Shown piece by piece: positions 1 to 7,534 of a stretch of 20,000 nucleotides of DNA (within the stretch, counting starts at the first letter, position 1; each line of letters opens with the position of its first letter). Source of the stretch: an uncultured virus (IMG/VR IMGVR_UViG_3300044611_002505) (Duplodnaviria > Heunggongvirae > Uroviricota > Caudoviricetes); the IMG/VR virus record IMGVR_UViG_3300044611_002505; one strand, given 5' to 3'. The notes below the pieces were generated by a model. The model was not told where the DNA came from and made no database searches. It saw only the letters and a program-made list of their open reading frames with translations. Both the position numbers and the translations under genes were made by a program.

Positions 1-160
1 TGTTATTGATGAGGTTGCATTTAAGAATAAGCAGACTTTAACGCAAATGGCTAAGAATGGTGAAGCTAGACCAATCAGTGTGAACCATCTTGTTTCTGCT
101 ATTATTAAGTGTGATATGGACGCCAATGCTAAACTAGAACTTTTGAAGAATTTTTTCTAA
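1..160 (+). CDS. 3' end of a hypothetical protein (5'-truncated by the window)
   Basis: Open frame from nt 2 (VIDEVAFKNKQ...VNHLVSAIIKCDMDANAKLELLKNFF) to TAA at 158-160. Not in the ORF track. Its C-terminus resembles that of the next gene. Confidence 0.7.
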   Translation, partial: VIDEVAFKNKQTLTQMAKNGEARPISVNHLVSAIIKCDMDANAKLELLKNFF

Positions 161-181
161 ACTTTTAGGAAAGGATTTCCT

Positions 182-748
182 GTGGAAGATAAAAAGACTT
201 TATCAGACTTGGGTAAATCCCTATCTATAGATTGCAGTGATGTTGTTTTGGAAAGCAGACAAGATTTAAATGATTTGCTTTCCGAAAAAGATTTGATTTT
301 TGTGAAACAATATCTTCTCCAAAAAGGAGCCAAAGATATTAAAGAAACCCCAAACGAGGATGAAAATATGAACGCTTTGAAGATTTGCAAAAGAGGAATT
401 ACTGGAGCTAAGAATAGACAAGAGGTTTACAATCTGGTTAAGTCTATGATCAGAGACAATCCTTTGAAGCCTGGATTTAAAACCGGCTATAAAGAAGTTG
501 CCTCTTATTTAAACAAGCACGGATACAGAGACTCCAATGGTTATAGGTGGAAGGTAAAAACCTTAGTTGATTTTTACCATCACTACAACGAAAACAAGAC
601 AACAACTAAAATTAAGGCTTCCAAGTCACCTAAAGCTGTTGCAATAAAGCCCACGCATAAGTTGCAGGATCTTGTTAAGTGCATAATCGATTCGAACCTA
701 GATAGTGATTTGAAGTTAAAGCTTATCCCTCTTGTTTTGAAAGGATAG
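182..748 (+). CDS. Hypothetical DNA-binding protein with a recombinase-type (PF07508-like) helix motif
   Basis: 188-aa ORF, GTG start after a purine-rich AGGAAAGGA. GYKEVASYLNKHGYRDSNGYRWKVKTL resembles the 'IA..LN..G....G..W' motif of serine-recombinase DNA-binding domains; no catalytic domain is visible. Confidence 0.55.
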   Translation: MEDKKTLSDLGKSLSIDCSDVVLESRQDLNDLLSEKDLIFVKQYLLQKGAKDIKETPNEDENMNALKICKRGITGAKNRQEVYNLVKSMIRDNPLKPGFKTGYKEVASYLNKHGYRDSNGYRWKVKTLVDFYHHYNENKTTTKIKASKSPKAVAIKPTHKLQDLVKCIIDSNLDSDLKLKLIPLVLKG

Positions 749-770
749 TATAGAATAAGATAGATTAAAA

Positions 771-1058
771 ATGTTAAAAGAAGAAATTAACCACATTGTT
801 GAAAATGTGTTCAAAGATAATCTCAAAAATGAAGTCATGGAGATCATAGACCTAGTTTTTAAAACAAACAAACATGAGAATCATTTTAAGTTTATTCAAA
901 ATCACTATGATCTCGGAAGCGAAAACTCCTCACAACAAATCCACATCAGGATTGATTATATAAAATCGCTTTTAATCAAAGAAGGTTTAATGAAGAATAG
1001 CAGCGAAGATTATTTTGGAAAAATGGAAATATTAGATCTAGATCAGACAAACCTCTAG
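771..1058 (+). CDS. Hypothetical protein (95 aa)
   Basis: ORF fills the gap between neighbours on the coding strand; no recognisable motif. Confidence 0.6.
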   Translation: MLKEEINHIVENVFKDNLKNEVMEIIDLVFKTNKHENHFKFIQNHYDLGSENSSQQIHIRIDYIKSLLIKEGLMKNSSEDYFGKMEILDLDQTNL

Positions 1059-1069
1059 ATTTGTCTGAT
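1042..1069. repeat. 10-bp perfect inverted repeat spanning the stop codon of 771..1058
   Basis: ATCAGACAAA (1042-1051), 8-nt loop, TTTGTCTGAT (1060-1069); no adjacent U-tract on either strand. Confidence 0.7.
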
Positions 1070-1208
1070 AAACAAAAAAATTTTCTATGATGCAAAAATA
1101 TTTCTACCAGTCGCTTGCCTTTTGCTTTTGATCGTATATCTTTGAAGCAGAAACAAGATCAATGTTGTTCTTGTGGAAAGAAAGAAACCGCCAACTAGGA
1201 GAAACCAG

Positions 1209-1469
1209 ATGGCAACCGTCAAAAAATCTGATTCTGAAAAAAGGTCATATGTTTCGATAGAAGATTTCATTCGGGCGTATGAAGACACTCGAAATGAGTC
1301 TGTGGCAGAAGTTGCAGAGAAATTAGGCATCAAGCCACCAGCAGTTAGCCTTCGTGCAAGTAAGCTGCGTAAAGAGGGTGTTGAACTGAGAAAGTTCGCA
1401 CGTGGTGGTCGTCCAAGTGTCGTTGAAAAAGCCAAGGAAATTCTTGCTCAAATTCGTCGGGGCAGGTAA
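1209..1469 (+). CDS. Small basic HTH DNA-binding protein (86 aa)
   Basis: AGGAGA at 1197-1202 precedes ATG 1209, preferred over the ORF-track GTG at 1173. SVAEVAEKLGIKPPAVSLRASKLRKEG is an HTH pattern. Followed by a strong terminator. Confidence 0.75.
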   Translation: MATVKKSDSEKRSYVSIEDFIRAYEDTRNESVAEVAEKLGIKPPAVSLRASKLRKEGVELRKFARGGRPSVVEKAKEILAQIRRGR

Positions 1470-1493
1470 TTCTTCCGATCTGTCAGTCTCTTT

Positions 1494-1535
1494 AAACCCC
1501 TGCTGGAACTAAAATGTCCAGCAGGGGTTTTTTTT
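1494..1535 (+). terminator. Intrinsic (Rho-independent) terminator
   Basis: AAACCCCTGCTGGA (1494-1507) and TCCAGCAGGGGTTT (1517-1530) form a 14-bp perfect stem with a 9-nt loop; T run 1528-1535. Confidence 0.92.
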
Positions 1536-1544
1536 GTCGTTGTT

Positions 1545-1562
1545 GTTTCTTTGTGGTACGCT
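1545..1562 (+). promoter_or_regulatory. Recurrent motif GTTTC-N5-GGTACGCT, copy 1 (putative phage promoter)
   Basis: GTTTCTTTGTGGTACGCT just after the terminator and 17 nt before ATG 1580; identical to copy 2. Confidence 0.8.
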
Positions 1563-1579
1563 CGGTGGCTGGAGGATGT

Positions 1580-1759
1580 ATGACAAAAGAAGAGTTGAAA
1601 GAATCAAAGACAAAACAAGAAGATATTGAAAAGGCTAAGATTCAAATTGAAGAAATCGAATATCTAAATCATATTTGCGAAGAATATGAATCTTGTGTGC
1701 TGTATGATGAATACAGCAATGATGAAGAGGGGTATATTCAAACGGTTAGCAAAAAGTAA
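1580..1759 (+). CDS. Small acidic hypothetical protein (59 aa, MTKEELKES...)
   Basis: GGAGG at 1571-1575 precedes ATG 1580. The ORF-track start at 1514 lies inside the terminator. Confidence 0.7.
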   Translation: MTKEELKESKTKQEDIEKAKIQIEEIEYLNHICEEYESCVLYDEYSNDEEGYIQTVSKK

Positions 1760-1763
1760 ACAT

Positions 1764-1791
1764 TTGACAAATTTTTGAAAAAACGTATAAT
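1764..1791 (+). promoter_or_regulatory. Consensus sigma70-type promoter
   Basis: TTGACA (1764-1769), 16 nt, TATAAT (1786-1791); AAGGAG at 1799-1804; ATG 1812. Confidence 0.85.
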
Positions 1792-1811
1792 GTTTTGCAA
1801 GGAGTGCTAAA

Positions 1812-2132
1812 ATGCCGTATATTGATAAAAAAAGACGAGAAAAACTTGATGAATCTATCTTAGATTTAAGATCTGCTATTGAGAAGCAGGTAAATAGCGA
1901 ATCATCCTACGGTCTATCACCAGAACAAATATTGGAAATATCTGGTGATTTGAATTATTGCATAAGCAGAATTTGTGCTGGTTTAATTGGTTCGCCTTCT
2001 TATAAAAAGATTGCTGTTGTCACAGGTGTTCTTGAGAATGTTAACCAAGAACTTTATAGAAGGCTTGCCAGCACTTATGAAGATGAAAAAATAGAATCAA
2101 ATGGCGATATTCCAGAATACAAAAATTACTAA
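1812..2132 (+). CDS. Conserved phage hypothetical protein (DUF6899-like)
   Basis: Pattern MPYI...GDLNYCISR...SY...GVLENV.QELYRRLA..YEDEKI..NGD recalled from a widespread phage family; has its own promoter and SD. Confidence 0.65.
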   Translation: MPYIDKKRREKLDESILDLRSAIEKQVNSESSYGLSPEQILEISGDLNYCISRICAGLIGSPSYKKIAVVTGVLENVNQELYRRLASTYEDEKIESNGDIPEYKNY

Positions 2133-2137
2133 TAGAA

Positions 2138-2155
2138 GTTTCTTTGTGGTACGCT
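2138..2155 (+). promoter_or_regulatory. Recurrent motif GTTTC-N5-GGTACGCT, copy 2
   Basis: GTTTCTTTGTGGTACGCT, intergenic, 43 nt before ATG 2199. Confidence 0.8.
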
Positions 2156-2198
2156 GTTCGGTTGTGCGAGAGAGAGCCGACAATAAATAGGAGATAAG

Positions 2199-2309
2199 AT
2201 GCCTGCAACCGCCCCGCCGCCGGTAAAAACCCCGGCAAAGACGCCACAGACACCCACAAGCCCCTTTAAGGCACCCCGCCCAGCGGTAATGCCGGAGCCT
2301 AAGAACTGA
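2199..2309 (+). CDS. Unannotated 36-aa Pro/Thr/Ala/Lys-rich peptide (MPATAPPPVKTPAKTPQTPTSPFKAPRPAVMPEPKN)
   Basis: AGGAG SD at 2189-2193, ATG 2199, TGA 2307-2309 overlapping the next ATG (TGATG). Its Pro/Ala codons explain the local GC-rich patch. Confidence 0.8.
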   Translation: MPATAPPPVKTPAKTPQTPTSPFKAPRPAVMPEPKN

Positions 2310-3364
2310 TGTATAGCAATAGTTTGCACGTTAATCCGAAAATTAGAAATTTTTGGAAAGATTTGAAGAAGAATGAAAGCAATTTTCATGTTTTCAAGAA
2401 AAACAGGAATCTTGTTTACTTTGGCGATGATCTTTCTCAAAAGAGTTATGAGTTTGTTGATGATCGAATAAAGAATCTTGGGATCAATTTTGATTTCAAT
2501 TCTTTGACAAACAAGTTCATTGCTGCTCTTCAAGAAGAAAGTGGTAATGAGGATGTTCTTAAAGAACTCGCGGTTAAAGCTGTGAGTGAGGCTTTTGAGA
2601 TCCCAGAAGATATTTTGGAAGCTCACCTCAATAAAGAAGACATCGATGTTAATTCGACCGATGAAGCGTTCCCAGAAGAAGATTATGATTACGATTCGCT
2701 TTCACAATCTTTGAAGGATAGCATCAACAAAAGAATTCTTTTGAATTGTATTACTCAAGGTGCAAGCATTCATGCTTTTTATACGATGCACCACCTTGTC
2801 AAAAGTGATTTGGAAAAGATTTCAGAAGATATAATTGGTATTTATGATGAGGTAAGCGTTGGAACTGTTTACACATATTGGAAGATTGATTATTCTTCCA
2901 TGCTTGAAAGTTCTGCCAATTTGGATATGCTTGTTCAGGGCAGTTCAAAAGTAGAGTATGGTGAGAATGAAAATGATAATCCAAAAGTAGTGGCAAAGGC
3001 AAGAACGTTTGTTGTTCTTTGTCAAGAACTTGTTAAGGGCGCTATTGAACTGATTAATCTTAATGGTCTAAAAGATTTAGACGAGGAAGAACTCAAAACA
3101 ATATACGCTTTTGCAGATAAGCGTGTAGATGAGCCCAGGTATATTCAAATCTCAAGTGAAATTTGGCGGAAGGTTCTGGCTTTTATCAAGGTTTATAAGG
3201 ATGAGGTTGGAAAGATTTCAATTCCTGATCTTCTTATGAAGATCAGTTTGTTGAATCCAAAAGATATTGAAGATTTCTTTGAACATATGATTTCTGGCGA
3301 TAATACTCAAGCAATTAATTTTCTTAATACCAACGAAGGAGTTATTTCTAATGAAGATTTCTAA
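2309..3364 (+). CDS. Hypothetical protein (351 aa), acidic, with a possible degenerate zincin-like QELVKG motif
   Basis: Long ORF coupled to the upstream peptide and overlapping the rIIA start. Conserved-looking blocks KRILLNCITQGASIHAFYTMHHLV and VVAKARTFVVLCQELVKGAIEL. Confidence 0.75.
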   Translation: MYSNSLHVNPKIRNFWKDLKKNESNFHVFKKNRNLVYFGDDLSQKSYEFVDDRIKNLGINFDFNSLTNKFIAALQEESGNEDVLKELAVKAVSEAFEIPEDILEAHLNKEDIDVNSTDEAFPEEDYDYDSLSQSLKDSINKRILLNCITQGASIHAFYTMHHLVKSDLEKISEDIIGIYDEVSVGTVYTYWKIDYSSMLESSANLDMLVQGSSKVEYGENENDNPKVVAKARTFVVLCQELVKGAIELINLNGLKDLDEEELKTIYAFADKRVDEPRYIQISSEIWRKVLAFIKVYKDEVGKISIPDLLMKISLLNPKDIEDFFEHMISGDNTQAINFLNTNEGVISNEDF

Positions 3365-5522
3365 TAACGGCTCTGTTCTCGATACAAACAACAATAACGC
3401 AGACAGCCTTGAATTCGGTATTGGTGATGTTAGCACCATCATTGATATTCTTCGGAACAGGCTTTATTCAAATCCAATTCGCACTCTGACTCAGGAATAT
3501 CTTTGTAACGGCAGAGACAGTCATCGTGATGCTGGTAGTGCTAATGTTCCTTTAAGGGTTACTCTGCCAACAAAGCTTGACAGCGTTCTTAAGATTAGAG
3601 ATTTTGGAACAGGTTTGTCTCCGGATCGTGTTAAGGATGTTTTCGTTCTTTATGGAAGCAGCACCAAGCGTAAGGATAATGTTCAAACTGGTGGTTTTGG
3701 TATTGGTGCAAAAAGCGCATGGGCTTATACAGACAGCTTTGTTGTTGTGAGCTACCATGACGGTAAGTGTCGAACTTATATCGCTCATACTGGCAAGAAT
3801 AGCAACGGCACCCTTGAACTCATCAATGAAGTTGATTCAACCGAGCCCAATGGCGTTGAAATTCAGGTTCCGGTCAAGGAGTGTGATATTGAGCAGTTTG
3901 TTTCTGCTGTTTATCGCTGCACTTATTTTTGGGATGTTAAGCCTGAGTTGAAGGGAATTACGAATATTGAAATTCCTGCATCTTGGCTTGCAGGAAGTGA
4001 TAAGATTCTTTACAAGAAAGATAATTGGTTTCTTCTTGAAAAGGACGATCTTGTTAAGCGTCTTTTTGACTCATACAACCAGGACATTTATGTTCTGATT
4101 GATAAGATCCCATACAGCATCAATAAGTTTTCTCGGGAATGTCCTGAGGTTGAAAAGCTTAAGTCTGCTTCATATGCAGCTCACATGAGCTTTATTGAAG
4201 TTGGCAACGGTGTTCTTGAAGTTTCTGCTACTCGGGAAAGCATTTCCGACAAGGAAGGCAGCAAGCACAAGGTAAATGAGATTTGTGAAGAGGCAAGAAA
4301 GTCTCTTTATTCTTGTGTGGAAGAGCAGTTTGAAAAAGATTTCAAGGACATTCCATCTTATATTAACTTCTACTTTAAGCTTAAGGCTACATTCAATCTT
4401 GCGAATTTTCCCAAGACTTTGGATGTTGCTTTTAAGAAGAATGGATGTTCTTACAAGCTTCTTTCTAACGGAAAGATTGAATCATCCAGCTTTACTGGTT
4501 GTACGGTTGAGCGATATAACATCAAGCGTCAAAAGACTAGGCGAATTCTTAATCGTGTTGGAAATGCCGAAATTCATTTTGGCGAAGAAAAAGTTAAGTT
4601 TATTCTTGTCAACGAAGATAAGAATGGACGGCATGTCCCTGAATATGTTTTCAAGGAAAAGATTAAGAAGCTTTTCTATGATGATGAAACTCTGTCCTAT
4701 GTTTATGTAATTAATCATTACACGGAAGAGCAAAGGAATAATCTCAAGGATCATCTTGAGGCTATCTACATCACCGACATTCAGCTTGATAAGCCTGCCT
4801 ATAAAGCCAAGAAGGAAAGCGGCACTGTCAGCATCAGGTATATTAAGCCGGCTGATCATCGCTACGGATATAGGCATGGTAAGCTTGAATCTGATAGCAA
4901 GGAGGATGTAACTTTAGAGTCTATTGAGTCCAGTGCTCATAATTATATTTCTGTTCCTTTCTCGGGTTCAGAAGAGTATGATTTCGATAATCCTATCTTT
5001 GTTGAAAATATCAAGTTTCTTATTGAGCATGGTAAATACAAAATCATTAAGCTCAGTAAGAGAGATTATGATGCTGTGAATACCCTTGATAATGTTATGG
5101 AATATTCTGATGTTGCCGAAGCCATCAGTGATCATGTTGAAATTGACGACAAGATTATTGAAGACTTTGTTTTCAAGCAGGCAAGCAATACTTTTGAGCC
5201 TTTGAGGAAGTCTCTCGACAAGATCAAGTGTGATAAGATTGCGGAATATTTCCGGATCAAGGGTCAGGCTCCTGCTGATAATAGAAGGAATGCAACCACT
5301 ATTCCCGATAGGATTCTTGCAATGTATCCATACTATTCTAAGGTCAACGATAATGTAAAGAAGATTGCAAAGCTTGAAGAGGAGATCACTCAGAAGTATC
5401 CTCTAATGAAGCAGCTTAGTTATATCGTTGGCGGATACTACGGCAATCACACAGATCGCAATAAAGAGCTTAATGAGTTTGTATTTTATCTTAATGCCAA
5501 GCATGGCAAGGTGGCTTCGTGA
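3351..5522 (+). CDS. rIIA: rIIA-like protein with N-terminal GHKL (HATPase_c/HSP90-like) ATPase domain
   Basis: LYSNPIR...QEYLCNGRDSH (N box), IRDFGTGLS (G1), STKR.DN.QTGGFGIGAKSAWAYTDSF (G2); 723 aa; an rIIB-like gene lies downstream. Confidence 0.85.
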   Translation: MKISNNGSVLDTNNNNADSLEFGIGDVSTIIDILRNRLYSNPIRTLTQEYLCNGRDSHRDAGSANVPLRVTLPTKLDSVLKIRDFGTGLSPDRVKDVFVLYGSSTKRKDNVQTGGFGIGAKSAWAYTDSFVVVSYHDGKCRTYIAHTGKNSNGTLELINEVDSTEPNGVEIQVPVKECDIEQFVSAVYRCTYFWDVKPELKGITNIEIPASWLAGSDKILYKKDNWFLLEKDDLVKRLFDSYNQDIYVLIDKIPYSINKFSRECPEVEKLKSASYAAHMSFIEVGNGVLEVSATRESISDKEGSKHKVNEICEEARKSLYSCVEEQFEKDFKDIPSYINFYFKLKATFNLANFPKTLDVAFKKNGCSYKLLSNGKIESSSFTGCTVERYNIKRQKTRRILNRVGNAEIHFGEEKVKFILVNEDKNGRHVPEYVFKEKIKKLFYDDETLSYVYVINHYTEEQRNNLKDHLEAIYITDIQLDKPAYKAKKESGTVSIRYIKPADHRYGYRHGKLESDSKEDVTLESIESSAHNYISVPFSGSEEYDFDNPIFVENIKFLIEHGKYKIIKLSKRDYDAVNTLDNVMEYSDVAEAISDHVEIDDKIIEDFVFKQASNTFEPLRKSLDKIKCDKIAEYFRIKGQAPADNRRNATTIPDRILAMYPYYSKVNDNVKKIAKLEEEITQKYPLMKQLSYIVGGYYGNHTDRNKELNEFVFYLNAKHGKVAS

Positions 5523-5806
5523 TGAACTATAAAAAGTGGGAGATTTGTTATCGAGGATCTCTTGGTAAATGGGCGGAGCGTTTAAAAGAAAAAGATGAAA
5601 ATAAGATTGCAGATGGTTTATTTAAAAGATATCTTGATGCAAAGAAGAAACTAAATTCTTTGATCGACGAGATAAATAAGCTTGAAACAGACGCAGAATC
5701 AACGTATCTTTTACTGAACGCCGTTCCGCATAGTATGTCTGAAAGCGAAAATGCTGTTTTTCTTAAAGAATTAATTGTTTATATCAACTCAAAGGAAGAA
5801 AAATGA
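5519..5806 (+). CDS. Hypothetical 95-aa protein resembling the C-terminal helices of the upstream rIIA-like protein
   Basis: Overlaps the rIIA stop. INKLETDAESTYLLL...LKELIVYINSK parallels rIIA IAKLEEEITQKYPLM...LNEFVFYLNAK. Confidence 0.65.
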   Translation: MMNYKKWEICYRGSLGKWAERLKEKDENKIADGLFKRYLDAKKKLNSLIDEINKLETDAESTYLLLNAVPHSMSESENAVFLKELIVYINSKEEK

Positions 5807-6090
5807 AGACTATGGTAAAAGAAAAAAATGTCTCTGAGAATGTTGGAATCGATGTTGAAAAGAAAATCAGCGAGAGCGATGTGATTGATTTGCTTTTCAA
5901 GCAAGTCGAAAAGCCTAAGAATTGCATCAAGATCAAGGCTGTAAATGTTTATGGGAATCGTTATCGAATAAATATTTGGACTGTTGTTCAAGAAGATGGT
6001 TTTGATAAAAATAAGATTACTCAAAGCTATTTTGGTATTGTAGATAGCAATAAAATTAAGATTATAATGGGTGATAAGAAAACTTCGTAG
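5803..6090 (+). CDS. Hypothetical protein (95 aa)
   Basis: ATGA-type overlap with the previous gene; beta-rich-looking segment KAVNVYGNRYRINIW...ITQSYF. Confidence 0.7.
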   Translation: MKTMVKEKNVSENVGIDVEKKISESDVIDLLFKQVEKPKNCIKIKAVNVYGNRYRINIWTVVQEDGFDKNKITQSYFGIVDSNKIKIIMGDKKTS

Positions 6091-6107
6091 TTTCTTCTTG
6101 GTACGCT
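6090..6107 (+). promoter_or_regulatory. Recurrent motif GTTTC-N5-GGTACGCT, copy 3
   Basis: GTTTCTTCTTGGTACGCT; its first G is the G of the upstream TAG; 39 nt before ATG 6147. Confidence 0.8.
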
Positions 6108-6146
6108 TTCTTCTTAGACGGATTATCCACAATAAGCGGGCGTGAT

Positions 6147-7478
6147 ATGAAATACTATAATCTCAACAACTCCATAGTTCTTTCTTTTGATGGTATCGTC
6201 CACACTGTCAGTAAGGACGATTATCGCTACTCTAGGATCAAGGAAGCTCTTTCAAATCAAGATTTTGATTCAGTAAAAGTCGCCGTAGACCCAACCAAAA
6301 ATCTTGATAAGGAAGGGTTTGTTGTTGAGAATGGCTTGGTGTGTTTCAAGGGAGAGCCAATCCCCAGCGTTCTTGGCAATCAATTTTTGAAATACAAGGA
6401 GAGTAGCTGGGTATTCAAGAGTCTTCTCAATTTTTGGTTCAACCTCAAGACCAGGGTGGACAATGAAACTGCAAGCCAGATGATCAATGCTCTTGTTGAG
6501 AATGGGGCATATCCTATTACTGAAGATGGCTTTTATCTGGTCTACAGAAATGGTAATGCAGATCAAACCAAGAGTATTCTCAATAAAAGGAATCAAGAAG
6601 TTGGTTCTATTAACTTCTACAATGTCGCTTCTGTTCCCGAGGAATATAGTAATTTCTTTTACGAGAGAAAGAATCTTGACGATATCTTAACTTCTATTTT
6701 TGGCTTTTCTGCCAAAAAGCTGAAAAAGATTGCAATTCAAGAGATGTTCAAGCCAGCGATCAATTTCGTAGATCATACTTTTCTGCTTTTTGGAGATGCT
6801 TTCAAGGACGTTCTTCATCCAGATAATCTTTATGAAGTTCTTGAGAAAAAGCTTTTCAAGATTACTCATGGCGACGTTTCAAGCTATAGGAATTTCAATA
6901 CTTTTCTTAAAGAATACAGTGTTGAGAAAAATGGAACCTATAGTCAAAAGAAGATACTAAATCTTTTGTCAAGCGCAAAAGAACAAGTGCGTCTTGTTGA
7001 AATTGGTGGTTATTTTGTTGATCTTAAAGAAAAGATTAATCTGGATATCCAAAGAATTCAATTCAGCAACGATTGCCAGACAATCTTTGAATATCTTAGG
7101 TCTGAGCATAGAAAGCTCGGTGATCCAGAGATTGACCTTGATATTGACAAAAATTTCCCAGAATTTTGGGAACTCAATGATGTTGAGGTTGGTAAGCTCA
7201 GGTTTCTTTTCCCCAAGACAAACTATGACTTGAAGGAGTGGACCAACCTAATGCAAAATTGCATTGGCACACATGGATATGATAAAAAGGTTGTTCAAAA
7301 AGGATGTATTGTTTTTGCGCTAATGTCTACAGATACCAACGAAATGATTTATAACGTTGAAATTTCAAGCAAGAATATTGTTCAATTTAATGGTAGGGGT
7401 AATCGTCCTGCAACACCTTCCGAGAAAAAAGAAGTTTGCTCTCTCTTGATGGAAAAAGGATTGATTTTTAAGGAATAA
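6147..7478 (+). CDS. rIIB: rIIB-like N-terminal region fused to a C-terminal PcfJ-like domain
   Basis: N-terminal SIVLSFDG...LLNFWFNL...YPITEDGFYLVYR resembles rIIB. C-terminal PKTNYDLKEWTNLMQNCIG..GY...IVQFNGRGNR matches the PcfJ-like 'L..E...M.HCV..Y...Q..G..N' pattern. Confidence 0.6.
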   Translation: MKYYNLNNSIVLSFDGIVHTVSKDDYRYSRIKEALSNQDFDSVKVAVDPTKNLDKEGFVVENGLVCFKGEPIPSVLGNQFLKYKESSWVFKSLLNFWFNLKTRVDNETASQMINALVENGAYPITEDGFYLVYRNGNADQTKSILNKRNQEVGSINFYNVASVPEEYSNFFYERKNLDDILTSIFGFSAKKLKKIAIQEMFKPAINFVDHTFLLFGDAFKDVLHPDNLYEVLEKKLFKITHGDVSSYRNFNTFLKEYSVEKNGTYSQKKILNLLSSAKEQVRLVEIGGYFVDLKEKINLDIQRIQFSNDCQTIFEYLRSEHRKLGDPEIDLDIDKNFPEFWELNDVEVGKLRFLFPKTNYDLKEWTNLMQNCIGTHGYDKKVVQKGCIVFALMSTDTNEMIYNVEISSKNIVQFNGRGNRPATPSEKKEVCSLLMEKGLIFKE

Positions 7479-7485
7479 TTGATAG

Positions 7486-7514
7486 TTGAAAAACAAACAT
7501 CCATAGTGTATATT
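7486..7514 (+). promoter_or_regulatory. Putative sigma70-like promoter within the 17-bp hairpin
   Basis: TTGAAA (7486-7491), 17 nt, TATATT (7509-7514); ATG 7524 follows 9 nt later with no SD. Confidence 0.5.
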
Positions 7515-7534
7515 ATTTACACTATGGATGTTTG
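7494..7534. repeat. 17-bp perfect inverted repeat containing the probable start codon of the glycosyltransferase
   Basis: CAAACATCCATAGTGTA (7494-7510), loop TATTATT, TACACTATGGATGTTTG (7518-7534); ATG 7524 is in the right arm. Confidence 0.93.

Noticed and set aside
1042..1069. Hairpin as an intrinsic terminator
   Set aside because: No adjacent U-tract on either strand; kept only as an inverted repeat.
1115..1142. TTGCCT-16-TATCTT as the promoter of the HTH gene at 1209
   Set aside because: Both hexamers deviate from consensus and the spacing is suboptimal; plausible but not supportable.
1514..1579. ORF-track N-terminal extension MSSRGFFCRCC...
   Set aside because: It starts inside the terminator hairpin and runs through the motif; GGAGG supports ATG 1580.
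2199..2300. GC-rich patch as a structured ncRNA or tRNA
   Set aside because: No cloverleaf or long stems; the composition is explained by the Pro/Ala/Thr codons of the small ORF.
2295..2311. Programmed -1 frameshift fusing the Pro-rich peptide to the 351-aa protein
   Set aside because: No slippery heptamer, and the -1 frame has TAA at 2300-2302, leaving only two codons for a shift. TGATG coupling explains the layout.
2129..2626. Minus-strand 165-aa ORF and other antisense or nested ORFs (e.g. 1085..1435, 4276..4710, 4482..4877, 15740..16045, 18198..18635)
   Set aside because: They are shadows of well-supported genes, with no SD, no motifs and atypical composition.
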